From positions 6,516 through 70,515 of the forward strand of contig JAKPDD010000043.1 in assembly GCA_029552945.1 (NCBI GenBank): 64,000 nt of DNA. Direction: 5' to 3'. Below the pieces are notes generated by a model. That model made no database searches, was not told the DNA's origin, and worked only from the letters and a program-made list of their open reading frames with translations. A program made the position numbers and the translations under genes. Below, piece by piece: positions 48,890 to 57,640 of the stretch. Within the stretch, counting starts at the first letter, position 1; every line of letters starts with the position of its first letter. The DNA is from Spirochaetota bacterium. Its GTDB lineage: Bacteria > Spirochaetota > GWB1-36-13 > JAKPDD01.

Positions 48890-49785
48890 ATTCCTAACAC
48901 TCCTTTTGGTAAATATAATATTGTTATTACTATTATCAAACCATATACTATCATATAACCTAAACCGATTGTTGTACTCAGTATTTCATCAATTATCTTT
49001 AATATCACAGCACCAACTATTGGCCCTATAGTTGAGTAGATGCCACCGAATATTACCATAGCAAGTGCCATTACTCCTATACTCAAGTTAAATACACTGT
49101 GCGGTTCTATAAAACCTGCTATAAATGTTTCATAAGTTCCAATTAATGAAGCTATCATCGCAGATATTACAAACATTACTACTTTCTGTCTAACTGTGTT
49201 TATTCCCATTACTTTAGCTACCTGTTCATTTGTCCTTATAGCAGTAAAAGAATACCAGTATTTTGATCTTTGAATATATTCTGATATACCTATTACTATA
49301 ACAAATGTTATAAATATAAGATAATATATCATGTATTTATTTCCTGCAAACATAGTAATTGTTGATATACCCTCTGAACCATGTGTTATATCTTTTAACT
49401 GTATTACGAGAGTCATAAGTATAAGTGAAAATGCAAGAGTTGCTATTGCAAAATACATTCCTTTTAGCCTTAATGTAAGATAGCCTAATAACCATGCGAC
49501 TATACTGGAAATTAACAGTGCTATTATTATTGAAAATATTATAGGAAATCCGAGTGTTTTTGTAAAAATTGCAGCAACATAGGCCCCTAATCCGTAAAAA
49601 CCTGGAATAGCAAATGATGCCTGTCCTGTTCTTACCAACATATCCCACGATAGAGCCAGTATAGTATACATAAGTATATCAATACTAACCTGCAGGAAGT
49701 ACTTTGTACCTGGCATAAAATAAGCTATTAATGGAAAAATTGCTACTATAAATATTCCTAAATAAGATAATATTTTCTTTTTCAT
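48874..49785 (-). CDS. livM: branched-chain amino acid ABC transporter permease
   Basis: Polytopic membrane protein with the GQASFAIPGFYGLGAY motif. Confidence 0.9.
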   Translation of the reverse strand: MKKKILSYLGIFIVAIFPLIAYFMPGTKYFLQVSIDILMYTILALSWDMLVRTGQASFAIPGFYGLGAYVAAIFTKTLGFPIIFSIIIALLISSIVAWLLGYLTLRLKGMYFAIATLAFSLILMTLVIQLKDITHGSEGISTITMFAGNKYMIYYLIFITFVIVIGISEYIQRSKYWYSFTAIRTNEQVAKVMGINTVRQKVVMFVISAMIASLIGTYETFIAGFIEPHSVFNLSIGVMALAMVIFGGIYSTIGPIVGAVILKIIDEILSTTIGLGYMIVYGLIIVITILYLPKGVLGIWQKK

Positions 49786-50648
49786 TTTTTAAATATCCCC
49801 TCTGGTTTTACTAAAAGAATGATAAGTATTATAAAAAAGAATATACCTTCACTCCATCCTGTCCCACCTGGCACATATGTTCCAAGTGCTGATTCAATTA
49901 TTCCCAGGATTAGAGATGACCATAGTATACCTCTTAAGTTACCCATACCTGCCATCATTATTATAGCAAATGCTTTTAATGTATAGTTGAAACCTATAAA
50001 AGGCGTTGCGTATAATATAATAGATAACATTACCCCTGCAAGTCCTGCAAGACCTACCGAAACACCAAATGCAATCTTGAATATTCTATCAGCATTAATT
50101 CCAACAATATATGCTCCATATCTGTTTTGTTCAACAGCTCTCATTGACTTTCCTACTTTTGTGTTATTGAGTATATAAAATAGTGTTATAACAAGTATTA
50201 GAGCTATTATAAATACGAGTGTTTTTGAAAAGCTTATACCTATACCTTCAATATTCCATGACAGATCTCTATATGGTGGATTTATTACCATTACTTCTTT
50301 ACTTCCTGAATATAGTACTGCTATATTTTGTAGTATTATTGAAATTCCAAAAGTAAGTAATAGCTGGTTTACCTCTGCTGAATCAAGAACCTTTTTTAAA
50401 GATATCTTATAGGTACCAATACCAAGTAGAAGTATTAATAAAGAAACTATTAGTATAGAAATTAAGGGATCAATTCCAAAAACAGTGTAAAAAATAATAG
50501 ATAAAAAAGCCCCAACCATCAAAAACTCACCATGAGCAAGGTTTAATATACCAACTACACCAACCGCAAGTGCAAGACCAAGAGTTGTTATCATGTATGT
50601 ACCTGATTGTAATATACCATTTACTAAAACTTGTATAAATGTGTTCAT
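49782..50648 (-). CDS. livH: branched-chain amino acid ABC transporter permease
   Basis: The ATG at 50648 (MNTFIQVLVNGI) follows AAAGGAAAGG. Contains the LNLAHGEF motif. Confidence 0.9.
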   Translation of the reverse strand: MNTFIQVLVNGILQSGTYMITTLGLALAVGVVGILNLAHGEFLMVGAFLSIIFYTVFGIDPLISILIVSLLILLLGIGTYKISLKKVLDSAEVNQLLLTFGISIILQNIAVLYSGSKEVMVINPPYRDLSWNIEGIGISFSKTLVFIIALILVITLFYILNNTKVGKSMRAVEQNRYGAYIVGINADRIFKIAFGVSVGLAGLAGVMLSIILYATPFIGFNYTLKAFAIIMMAGMGNLRGILWSSLILGIIESALGTYVPGGTGWSEGIFFFIILIILLVKPEGIFKK

Positions 50649-50682
50649 AATGCACCTTTCCTTTAGATGTTTTGATTTTTTT

Positions 50683-50709
50683 AAAAAAAAAGCCTCCATG
50701 AAGGAGGCT
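50683..50709 (-). terminator. intra-operon hairpin plus T9 between livK and livH
   Basis: The minus strand reads AGCCTCC-ttcat-GGAGGCT followed by TTTTTTTTT. Confidence 0.7.
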
Positions 50710-50718
50710 TATTTTATT

Positions 50719-51945
50719 TTAATTTTGTCTGTCTTTCCACTTAGGAGCAGGATATACTAGGTCAGCAGTTTTATATTCAGTAGGAAATACTATTTCAAGT
50801 TTACCTTTTCTAAATTGAGTTGTTAACCAGTTAGTAAATCCCTGATATTTTATCTTTTGGCTTGGTTTAAATGTTAACTTTCCAAAAGGAGTATCAAGAT
50901 TTTGATTAGCAAGAGCTTGAATTACTTTTTGTTTGTATTCTTCATCACTATATTTTTTGCCAGCTTCTTTTTGAAGTTCAGCTTCAACAGCTTTTATAGC
51001 TTCAGCAAGGCTTATTATATTTACATATCCTAATGGTTGCCAATAGCTTACAGGCATTTTACCATATTTTTTCTGGAATTTTTCATTGAATTTTTTAGTT
51101 TCTTCATATGGAAAATCTGGAGTCCAGAAGTTTAATTGTGCAACATATTCACTTATTGGCATTGAAGCAAACTCAGCAGGCCATGCAGGTGGTACAGGGT
51201 ATATTAACTTTGGATTAACATCAAGTTCTTTTACAGCATTCATCAAAGGAATAACGTCAGCAGCATAGCATATTACATAGAGTATATCAGGATTAGCAGC
51301 TTTCACTTTTGTTAATAATGGAGTAAAGTTTGGTGAACCACTTTTGAATGATTCTTTTACAACTATTTTGAACCCTTTAGCTTCAAACATTGGTATTGCA
51401 AGAGCTGATCCACCTGAACCAAAAGCAGAGTCTTCAAATAATATTGCTATTGTTTTTGCACCGGTTGAAGCAAAAAAATCAGCTGTTGATTGTATATTGT
51501 AATATTCCCATGGGTGATAGTGGAAGAACCAGTCAGCATCAGCATATTTTTCTTCTGCAAATCTTGATGCAGCACCTATCCATGCCATTATTGGCTTATA
51601 GTTCTTTACTGTATCAGCTATACCGATTGTAACACCACTTGCCATACCTCCTATAAGGTATTTTACTTCATCTTTTCCTAAAAGTTTTTCAACTTTTGCT
51701 ATTGCCTGTTTAGGATTATTCCCATCATCTTCATATATAATTTCTATCTTTTTTCCATATATTCCGCCACTTGCATTTATTTCTTCAACAGCAAGGTCCA
51801 TACCTTCTTTAGTTCCTATACCAACAGCAGCACCAGGGCCACTTAATGGTATAAGAGCACCCATAACAATTTTATTACCTTTACCGCAGGAAACAAACAT
51901 ACTTACAACTATTATTGTAAGTATGATTTGAAGAAATTTTTTCAT
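50719..51945 (-). CDS. livK: branched-chain amino acid ABC transporter substrate-binding lipoprotein
   Basis: Lipobox VSC and type I periplasmic binding fold (GALIPLSGPGA.., YEDDGNNP). Confidence 0.85.
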   Translation of the reverse strand: MKKFLQIILTIIVVSMFVSCGKGNKIVMGALIPLSGPGAAVGIGTKEGMDLAVEEINASGGIYGKKIEIIYEDDGNNPKQAIAKVEKLLGKDEVKYLIGGMASGVTIGIADTVKNYKPIMAWIGAASRFAEEKYADADWFFHYHPWEYYNIQSTADFFASTGAKTIAILFEDSAFGSGGSALAIPMFEAKGFKIVVKESFKSGSPNFTPLLTKVKAANPDILYVICYAADVIPLMNAVKELDVNPKLIYPVPPAWPAEFASMPISEYVAQLNFWTPDFPYEETKKFNEKFQKKYGKMPVSYWQPLGYVNIISLAEAIKAVEAELQKEAGKKYSDEEYKQKVIQALANQNLDTPFGKLTFKPSQKIKYQGFTNWLTTQFRKGKLEIVFPTEYKTADLVYPAPKWKDRQN

Positions 51946-52090
51946 TTAAACCCTCCTAAAATATTTTAACATAAAATATGTTTGATACTTATAATATAAT
52001 ATTATTAATTTTTAGTAATGTCAAGAAATTTTTTTAAAAAATTAAACTTTAGTTTTATAAATAGATTAAACTAAAAATTGAGGTAAGATA

Positions 52091-52729
52091 ATGTTTAAAG
52101 TCAGATATTTCAAATGTTTTCTAATATTTTTTCCATTATTTCTATTCAGTATAAATATTGACAAGAACGAACTACAGAAGTATAAACAGGACTATATAAT
52201 ATATGTTAACAAAAAAGAATTCAAACTCTATGTTTTAAATAAAAATCTTGAAAAATTAGAAGAATATAGTGTTTCACTTGGTCTTGAAGAGGGGAGGAAA
52301 CTTGTTGCTGGTGATAATAAAACACCTGAAGGTATTTACTATGTTACTGAAATTTTAAGCCTTGATGCACCAAAAGACAGTATTGCTTATAAAAAACTTG
52401 TGGAAATGAATAATATATATTTTAGAGCAAAAGATGGGCATTTTAAGTATAACAGACCTAAAGAGGACTTGGGCAAAAATGCTTATGGACCAAGGTTTTT
52501 TAGGCTTTCTTATCCTAATAAAGAGGATATAAAAAGATTTTTACTTGCTAAGAAAAGAGGAGATATTCCAAAAAATTCAAGTATTGGTGGTGGGATAGCT
52601 ATACATGGAACAAATGATGAACCGTCAATAGGGCATAGAGCTTCTTCAGGTTGTGTAAGACTTAAGAATGAGGATATAGTAAAGCTTGATAAGTATATAA
52701 AAATTGATACTATTGTAATTATAGAGTAG
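52091..52729 (+). CDS. L,D-transpeptidase (YkuD domain)
   Basis: Signal peptide and the catalytic IAIHGT..GHRASSGCVRL. Confidence 0.85.
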   Translation: MFKVRYFKCFLIFFPLFLFSINIDKNELQKYKQDYIIYVNKKEFKLYVLNKNLEKLEEYSVSLGLEEGRKLVAGDNKTPEGIYYVTEILSLDAPKDSIAYKKLVEMNNIYFRAKDGHFKYNRPKEDLGKNAYGPRFFRLSYPNKEDIKRFLLAKKRGDIPKNSSIGGGIAIHGTNDEPSIGHRASSGCVRLKNEDIVKLDKYIKIDTIVIIE

Positions 52730-52762
52730 ATAAAATAAAATTTTATTTTTTAAAATTTTAAA

Positions 52763-52783
52763 AGAGAGAGTATTCCTCTCTCT
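52763..52783. terminator. bidirectional terminator between the ldt gene and glnA
   Basis: AGAGAGAG-tattc-CTCTCTCT is flanked by A and T runs. Confidence 0.7.
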
Positions 52784-52824
52784 ATATTTTATTTTGATAA
52801 ATAGTAGTCGCGATAGAAGTTATT

Positions 52825-54240
52825 TTATATATCGTAGTACAAGAAAAACTCATGTGGATGAGGTCTTAGTTCAACTGGAGCAGCTTCATTTTCAAGCTTA
52901 TATTCTATCCATGTTTCTATAACATCTTTTGTAAAAACATCACCTTTTAGTAAGAATTCATGGTCCTTTCTAAGTTCTTCAAGTGCTTCTCTTAGTGTTC
53001 TCGGTGTATTTTCTATTTTTGATAATTCCTCAGCTGGTAGGTCATATATATTTTTGTCAAGTGGTTCACCAGGGTGTATTTTATTTTGGATTCCATCTAT
53101 TCCAGCCATTAGTAATGCTGCAAATGCAAGATATGGATTACAACTTGGATCAGGGAACCTTATCTCTATTCTTTTTGCCTTAGGATTATGAGAATACATT
53201 GGTATTCTTATAGCAGCACTTCTATTTCTTGCAGAATATGCTAAATTAACAGGTGCCTCATACCCTGGGACAAGTCTTTTATAGGAGTTTGTTGTTGGAT
53301 TAGTAATCCCTGCAAGTGCTTTTGCGTGTTTTAAAATACCACCAATAAAATAGAGAGCAGTCTCTGAAAGACCTGCGTACTCATTTCCTGCAAATGTGTT
53401 TTTACCATTTTTCCATATTGATATGTGAGTATGCATTCCCGAACCATTATCATCGAACATTGGCTTTGGCATAAATGTTGCTGTCTTACCGTTGATATAT
53501 GCTGTATTTTTTACTGCATATTTGTAGAATTGGAGTTTATCTGCCATTCTTACAAGTTCATCAAATCTTATGTCTATCTCACACTGCCCGGCTGTTGCAA
53601 CTTCGTGGTGGTGTACCTCCACTTTAAGTCCCATTTTTATCATATTTTTAACCATTTCAGACCTTAAGTCATGAAGTTTATCAGTAGGTGGAACTGGAAA
53701 GTATCCTTCTTTATGCCTTATTTTGTATCCTAAGTTTCCATACTCTTCTTCTTTACCACTATTCCATATACCTTCTATAGAGTCTATTTCCAGAAAAGAG
53801 TAGTGATTTTTTGAATCATATCTAACACTGTCAAATACAAAAAACTCTGCTTCAGGACCAATATATACAGTATCACCTAATCCTGTTGACTGAAGATACT
53901 TAGTTGCTTTTTTAGCTATATGTCTTGGGTCTTTTGTGTAATCTTCCCTTGTTATAGGGTCTTTTATATCACATATCATTATTATTGTTGGGTGTTCAGT
54001 AAATGGATCTGGCACCATAGTTTCTGGATCTGGAACAAGTATCATATCACTCTCATTTATCGCTTGCCAACCCCTTATTGAAGAACCATCAAAGCCAAGT
54101 CCATCTTCAAAAACAGATTCATCCAACATATTTGCTGGTATTGTTGTGTGTTGCCACATACCTGGGAAGTCCATAAATCTAAGATCTAAAAACTCTATGT
54201 TTTCTCTTTTTATATACTCCATAATCTCTTTTGGAGTCAT
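52825..54240 (-). CDS. glnA: glutamine synthetase type I
   Basis: 471 aa with [32 protein letters not shown] and NIYDLP (adenylylation-loop Tyr context). GGAGG RBS. Confidence 0.95.
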   Translation of the reverse strand: MTPKEIMEYIKRENIEFLDLRFMDFPGMWQHTTIPANMLDESVFEDGLGFDGSSIRGWQAINESDMILVPDPETMVPDPFTEHPTIIMICDIKDPITREDYTKDPRHIAKKATKYLQSTGLGDTVYIGPEAEFFVFDSVRYDSKNHYSFLEIDSIEGIWNSGKEEEYGNLGYKIRHKEGYFPVPPTDKLHDLRSEMVKNMIKMGLKVEVHHHEVATAGQCEIDIRFDELVRMADKLQFYKYAVKNTAYINGKTATFMPKPMFDDNGSGMHTHISIWKNGKNTFAGNEYAGLSETALYFIGGILKHAKALAGITNPTTNSYKRLVPGYEAPVNLAYSARNRSAAIRIPMYSHNPKAKRIEIRFPDPSCNPYLAFAALLMAGIDGIQNKIHPGEPLDKNIYDLPAEELSKIENTPRTLREALEELRKDHEFLLKGDVFTKDVIETWIEYKLENEAAPVELRPHPHEFFLYYDI

Positions 54241-54273
54241 GTTTTACCTCCTGAATAATTTATAATTAATATA

Positions 54274-54288
54274 TCAAAAATAGTGCCA
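54274..54288 (-). promoter_or_regulatory. candidate sigma-54-type -24/-12 promoter of glnA
   Basis: The minus strand reads TGGCAC-tattt-TTGA. GG and TG are at consensus spacing, but the -12 C is replaced by A. The predicted +1 is near 54262, 22 nt before the ATG. Confidence 0.4.
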
Positions 54289-54361
54289 TTTTTTTTATTT
54301 TTTTTAAGTAATTGATAATAAATAATTTAAATTATATATAAATTCTGAAATTTTTTATTTT

Positions 54362-54378
54362 TGATTAATTTTTAATCA
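54362..54378. promoter_or_regulatory. 17-bp perfect 7-3-7 palindrome, copy 1 (candidate enhancer or operator)
   Basis: TGATTAA-ttt-TTAATCA is centred at 54370, about -108 from the predicted glnA +1. Confidence 0.45.
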
Positions 54379-54393
54379 TGTAAATAAATTATT

Positions 54394-54410
54394 TGATTAA
54401 TTTTTAATCA
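54394..54410. promoter_or_regulatory. 17-bp perfect 7-3-7 palindrome, copy 2
   Basis: Identical TGATTAA-ttt-TTAATCA, centred at 54402 (about -140). It is 32 bp from copy 1 and overlaps the stop codon of the DUF115-like gene. Confidence 0.45.
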
Positions 54411-55827
54411 TATCTATTTTCTCAATTATTTTTTTTATTTCATAATCTATAGACTCATTATCATTTTTCAATATCCATCTTTTTAAGTGTGTATTTAGAA
54501 ATTGATTATTTAGGTCCTTTTTTAAATAGATATTTTTTATCTCTTCAATTATTCTTGTTTTTATATTTTTATCTATGTCAATTTTTTCAAAATATATTTT
54601 TTTTCCTGGGATTTTTAAGTTGTCTATATTTATAATTTCAAGTTCTTCCAGTGATTTATTTGATATTCTGTAAATTTTTTTATTTGTATTGTATATCCTG
54701 TTTAGAAACTCTTTCTTATATGATATCATTGAGTTGTTTGTGTATATGTTATTTGAGATTTTGAATGAATTATTGGTAATAATATCAGTTATCTTTTTTT
54801 CTACTGTGTTTATTTTATTTGAATAAAATATACTATTTTCTTCTATAGGTGATTTTTTGTAATGATAATAACCATCTATTATAGTGAAGTCAAAACCTGC
54901 AATTATTATTGTATCTGATATATTTTTGGCTATTTCAATACATGTTGATCCTACTGACCCACCAACTGGTATTATTGGGAATCCTGATAATATTGTTGCA
55001 TCTATTGGAGAATTTGAGTTTACAAAAGATATAATACCTTTGTAATTCTTTATAAACTCATGTGAACTATATATATATGAAATAAGTGGCGAGTCTATAT
55101 CTGTTTTGTATAGTCTATTTGGATAACCTGCATCAACCATTACTACAATATCTGGTTTTATTCTGTTAATCTTGAAAAGTCTTAGTGTCTGAGGGATTGT
55201 AATTATTATATATTTTTTTAGATTTTTTATTTTTAATATCTCTTCTGCGGTTGGCCCGCTGCCAACAATTAGTACTGGGCTATTTGATATATTTTTTATT
55301 ATTAAAATTTTATCCAAAAATTTTATATTTTTTAAGGTATTTCTTACCCATAATGGACCAAAAAATGAGTCTGTGATAGTATTGAATAATCTCTTTGATA
55401 TATAATCTTTTATAAAATCAAGTATTGGTTTGTATACTTCATGTCTTATATTAAATGAACTTAAGTGAGTTTTTATTAGTGTAGTTTTTATTACAGAATC
55501 ATCTTTTTTTTCTAGAAATTCCTCTATTTCTTTTTGTCTTTTAAAGATAATAATATCTTTTTCTTTATTTTCTTTATTAAATATATCTATTATCTCTTCA
55601 TGAGGTTCAATTACTACTAATTTTTTTTTAGGTATTCTACCTAAATGATATCCAAGTCCAAGGCCTATTACAATTATAAGACTACTTTTATTTATCTCAT
55701 CATCTGTTATAAATTGTTCTTTTTCTTTTTTTGGATCTAATCTGCTGTGTAATGGTTTGCCATCTATTGTAATTATCTTATCTTTTGATTTTGATTCTTC
55801 TATTTGGACTTTAATCCTTCTAATTTT
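54397..55827 (-). CDS. Maf/MptE-like (DUF115) protein, putative flagellin-glycosylation-type transferase; 5' end unresolved
   Basis: The core has LIVGSGPTAEE, IKPDIVVMVDAGYPN and GGSVGSTCIEIA. The frame stays open 170 codons upstream of the tracked TTG (55317) and encodes a typical Maf N-domain (GKPLHSRLDPKKEKE, IIVIGLGLGYH), with no ATG, GTG or TTG in that stretch. Confidence 0.65.
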   Translation of the reverse strand, partial: KIRRIKVQIEESKSKDKIITIDGKPLHSRLDPKKEKEQFITDDEINKSSLIIVIGLGLGYHLGRIPKKKLVVIEPHEEIIDIFNKENKEKDIIIFKRQKEIEEFLEKKDDSVIKTTLIKTHLSSFNIRHEVYKPILDFIKDYISKRLFNTITDSFFGPLWVRNTLKNIKFLDKILIIKNISNSPVLIVGSGPTAEEILKIKNLKKYIIITIPQTLRLFKINRIKPDIVVMVDAGYPNRLYKTDIDSPLISYIYSSHEFIKNYKGIISFVNSNSPIDATILSGFPIIPVGGSVGSTCIEIAKNISDTIIIAGFDFTIIDGYYHYKKSPIEENSIFYSNKINTVEKKITDIITNNSFKISNNIYTNNSMISYKKEFLNRIYNTNKKIYRISNKSLEELEIINIDNLKIPGKKIYFEKIDIDKNIKTRIIEEIKNIYLKKDLNNQFLNTHLKRWILKNDNESIDYEIKKIIEKIDMIKN

Positions 55828-57596
55828 TCAATCTCCTCAATCTTTTTTGCAAAGTCAGTTTTTATTATCATAAAGTTTCTTATTATGTCAAAATATTTAT
55901 CAAATAAAAAAACTGCTTTTTCTAATGCTGAATAAAAACTCATCCCTTTTATACCTGATAATACATTTATATTTGATATAACTTCAGGATATTTTCTCTT
56001 AAAATCGAGTTTTACCTTTTCTAAAAACTCAAATATTTTAAAAAGGTTTTCATTAAACTTATCTAAAATTTCTCTTATCTGCTCATCATAGCTCTTAAAC
56101 TTTTCTCTTATTATTTTTTTCTCTACTGTTGATACATTCCTTTTTGTTTTTACTATTTCAATAACTAAATTTCTATCATCATTGTCACTTGTATTCAGAT
56201 TTTTTGCTATAAAGTCTTTAAGTTTTTGAATAGCATCATCAGTAGCATAATAATTACCTGAAAACTCTTCACCTTCTATTTTTTTTATAAAACTTCCTTT
56301 AACTATTAATGTATTTATTACTTCTCTTAAAAAAGTATCATAGTATTTTTTAATAAATGTTAGTACAATAGATAATGGTTTCATATATTCCATTATGTTT
56401 TCTATTTCAATAGATTCAAAAAATGTTTTATTTTCTTTGTTATATATTCCAGCCTGTTCAAGTTCATTCTCAGACTTTATCTCAAAAAACTCTAAAATAC
56501 TTTTTATTAAAAACTCTTTTGCTTTTTCATCTTCTAATTTATTAAAATTTTTATTTGATTCGTTTATAATTTCTGATAGGTATTTATTAAGAATATACTT
56601 TTTAGGGTTTATAAATCCACTTATTTTTGTTTCATCCATTGTGATATATTGAATCATTGAGTCTATTATATTAAGTTTTAAGAGTTTTCTTAATAAGATT
56701 ATTGACTTTTCTATCAACTGAAGGTCAATAAAGTCTTCACATTCAATACTTTCTTTTACCTGTCTGTGTGTATTTATTATTATGTTTTTTGTTTCATCAG
56801 GAATTCTATCTTCAGTAAGAACTTTTATTGCTGCTCCAAGTTCATACAATGATTCAAGGAGCTCGTTTGATGTTATTTTTGGATTGTCAACAGTAAAAGT
56901 TTCATTTTTGTAAGTTCCAAACTTTGAGAATATTATTAAGAAATTTACAGATTCATGTATATTTATTATCTGTTCAAATATATTGATATATTTTAATAAA
57001 TGATTCTGGTTTGTTTTTATAAACTCGGTTAATTTTTCTTGCTGCTCTTTAAGAAACTTTCTCTTGTCTTTTATGTTTTCGTTATAAAAAACTTCTTCCA
57101 GTGATTTTTTTTCAAGGTTTCTTAATAAATTCCTTGAGTCAGATGGAAAAATTGTGTCGAAAAATATTTTTTGGAAAAGATAATTATTTCTTTTATTGTG
57201 AGGATTTATAAATATATCATATACTATAGATATACCTTTAAATATTTCGTAGATATAGATTGCAAACTCAGAGGTAATGGAGTCTGTTTTAAAATCGTAA
57301 AAGTTTATTCCCATACTTGTAAGATATTTTTTTATCTCTCTTATTCTTTTTACAGATATATTAGCGTCTTTTTTAAAATGTATGCCGGCAATCAACGATA
57401 AAATGAAGTTCCATATCAATTTTAATAAGGATACTTTTTTTTCATATGTTTTTGAGGGTTGTATATTTTGTTTAACATTTTTAGATGAAAGTTTTGCCTG
57501 TGTTTCAAGTAGTTTTTTTCTAAGTTGACTCTTTTCATCATTATTCATACCTACTATTGATGAGTCCAGGTTACTATCAAATACTTTTTTTGGCAT
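55800..57596 (-). CDS. hypothetical helical protein (598 aa)
   Basis: Long ORF in AT-rich DNA, K/E/I/N-rich, with one hydrophobic segment near residue 60. No recognised motif. Confidence 0.6.
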   Translation of the reverse strand: MPKKVFDSNLDSSIVGMNNDEKSQLRKKLLETQAKLSSKNVKQNIQPSKTYEKKVSLLKLIWNFILSLIAGIHFKKDANISVKRIREIKKYLTSMGINFYDFKTDSITSEFAIYIYEIFKGISIVYDIFINPHNKRNNYLFQKIFFDTIFPSDSRNLLRNLEKKSLEEVFYNENIKDKRKFLKEQQEKLTEFIKTNQNHLLKYINIFEQIINIHESVNFLIIFSKFGTYKNETFTVDNPKITSNELLESLYELGAAIKVLTEDRIPDETKNIIINTHRQVKESIECEDFIDLQLIEKSIILLRKLLKLNIIDSMIQYITMDETKISGFINPKKYILNKYLSEIINESNKNFNKLEDEKAKEFLIKSILEFFEIKSENELEQAGIYNKENKTFFESIEIENIMEYMKPLSIVLTFIKKYYDTFLREVINTLIVKGSFIKKIEGEEFSGNYYATDDAIQKLKDFIAKNLNTSDNDDRNLVIEIVKTKRNVSTVEKKIIREKFKSYDEQIREILDKFNENLFKIFEFLEKVKLDFKRKYPEVISNINVLSGIKGMSFYSALEKAVFLFDKYFDIIRNFMIIKTDFAKKIEEIEKLEGLKSK

Positions 57597-57640
57597 TTTA
57601 GCATTACCTTAATTTATAAAATATTATAAAATTAAAATAA

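Noticed and set aside
52003-52019. Imperfect 7-3-7 palindrome TTATTAA-ttt-TTAGTAA upstream of livK, considered as a nitrogen-regulator site.
   Set aside because: It has three mismatches to the glnA palindrome and I found no TGGCAC element between it and livK. This is insufficient.
54362-54410. The two 17-bp palindromes acting as the transcription terminator of the DUF115-like gene.
   Set aside because: Each would form only a 7-bp all-A/T stem with a 3-nt loop, and copy 2 overlaps the stop codon itself. Duplication at exactly 32-bp spacing fits protein binding better than termination.
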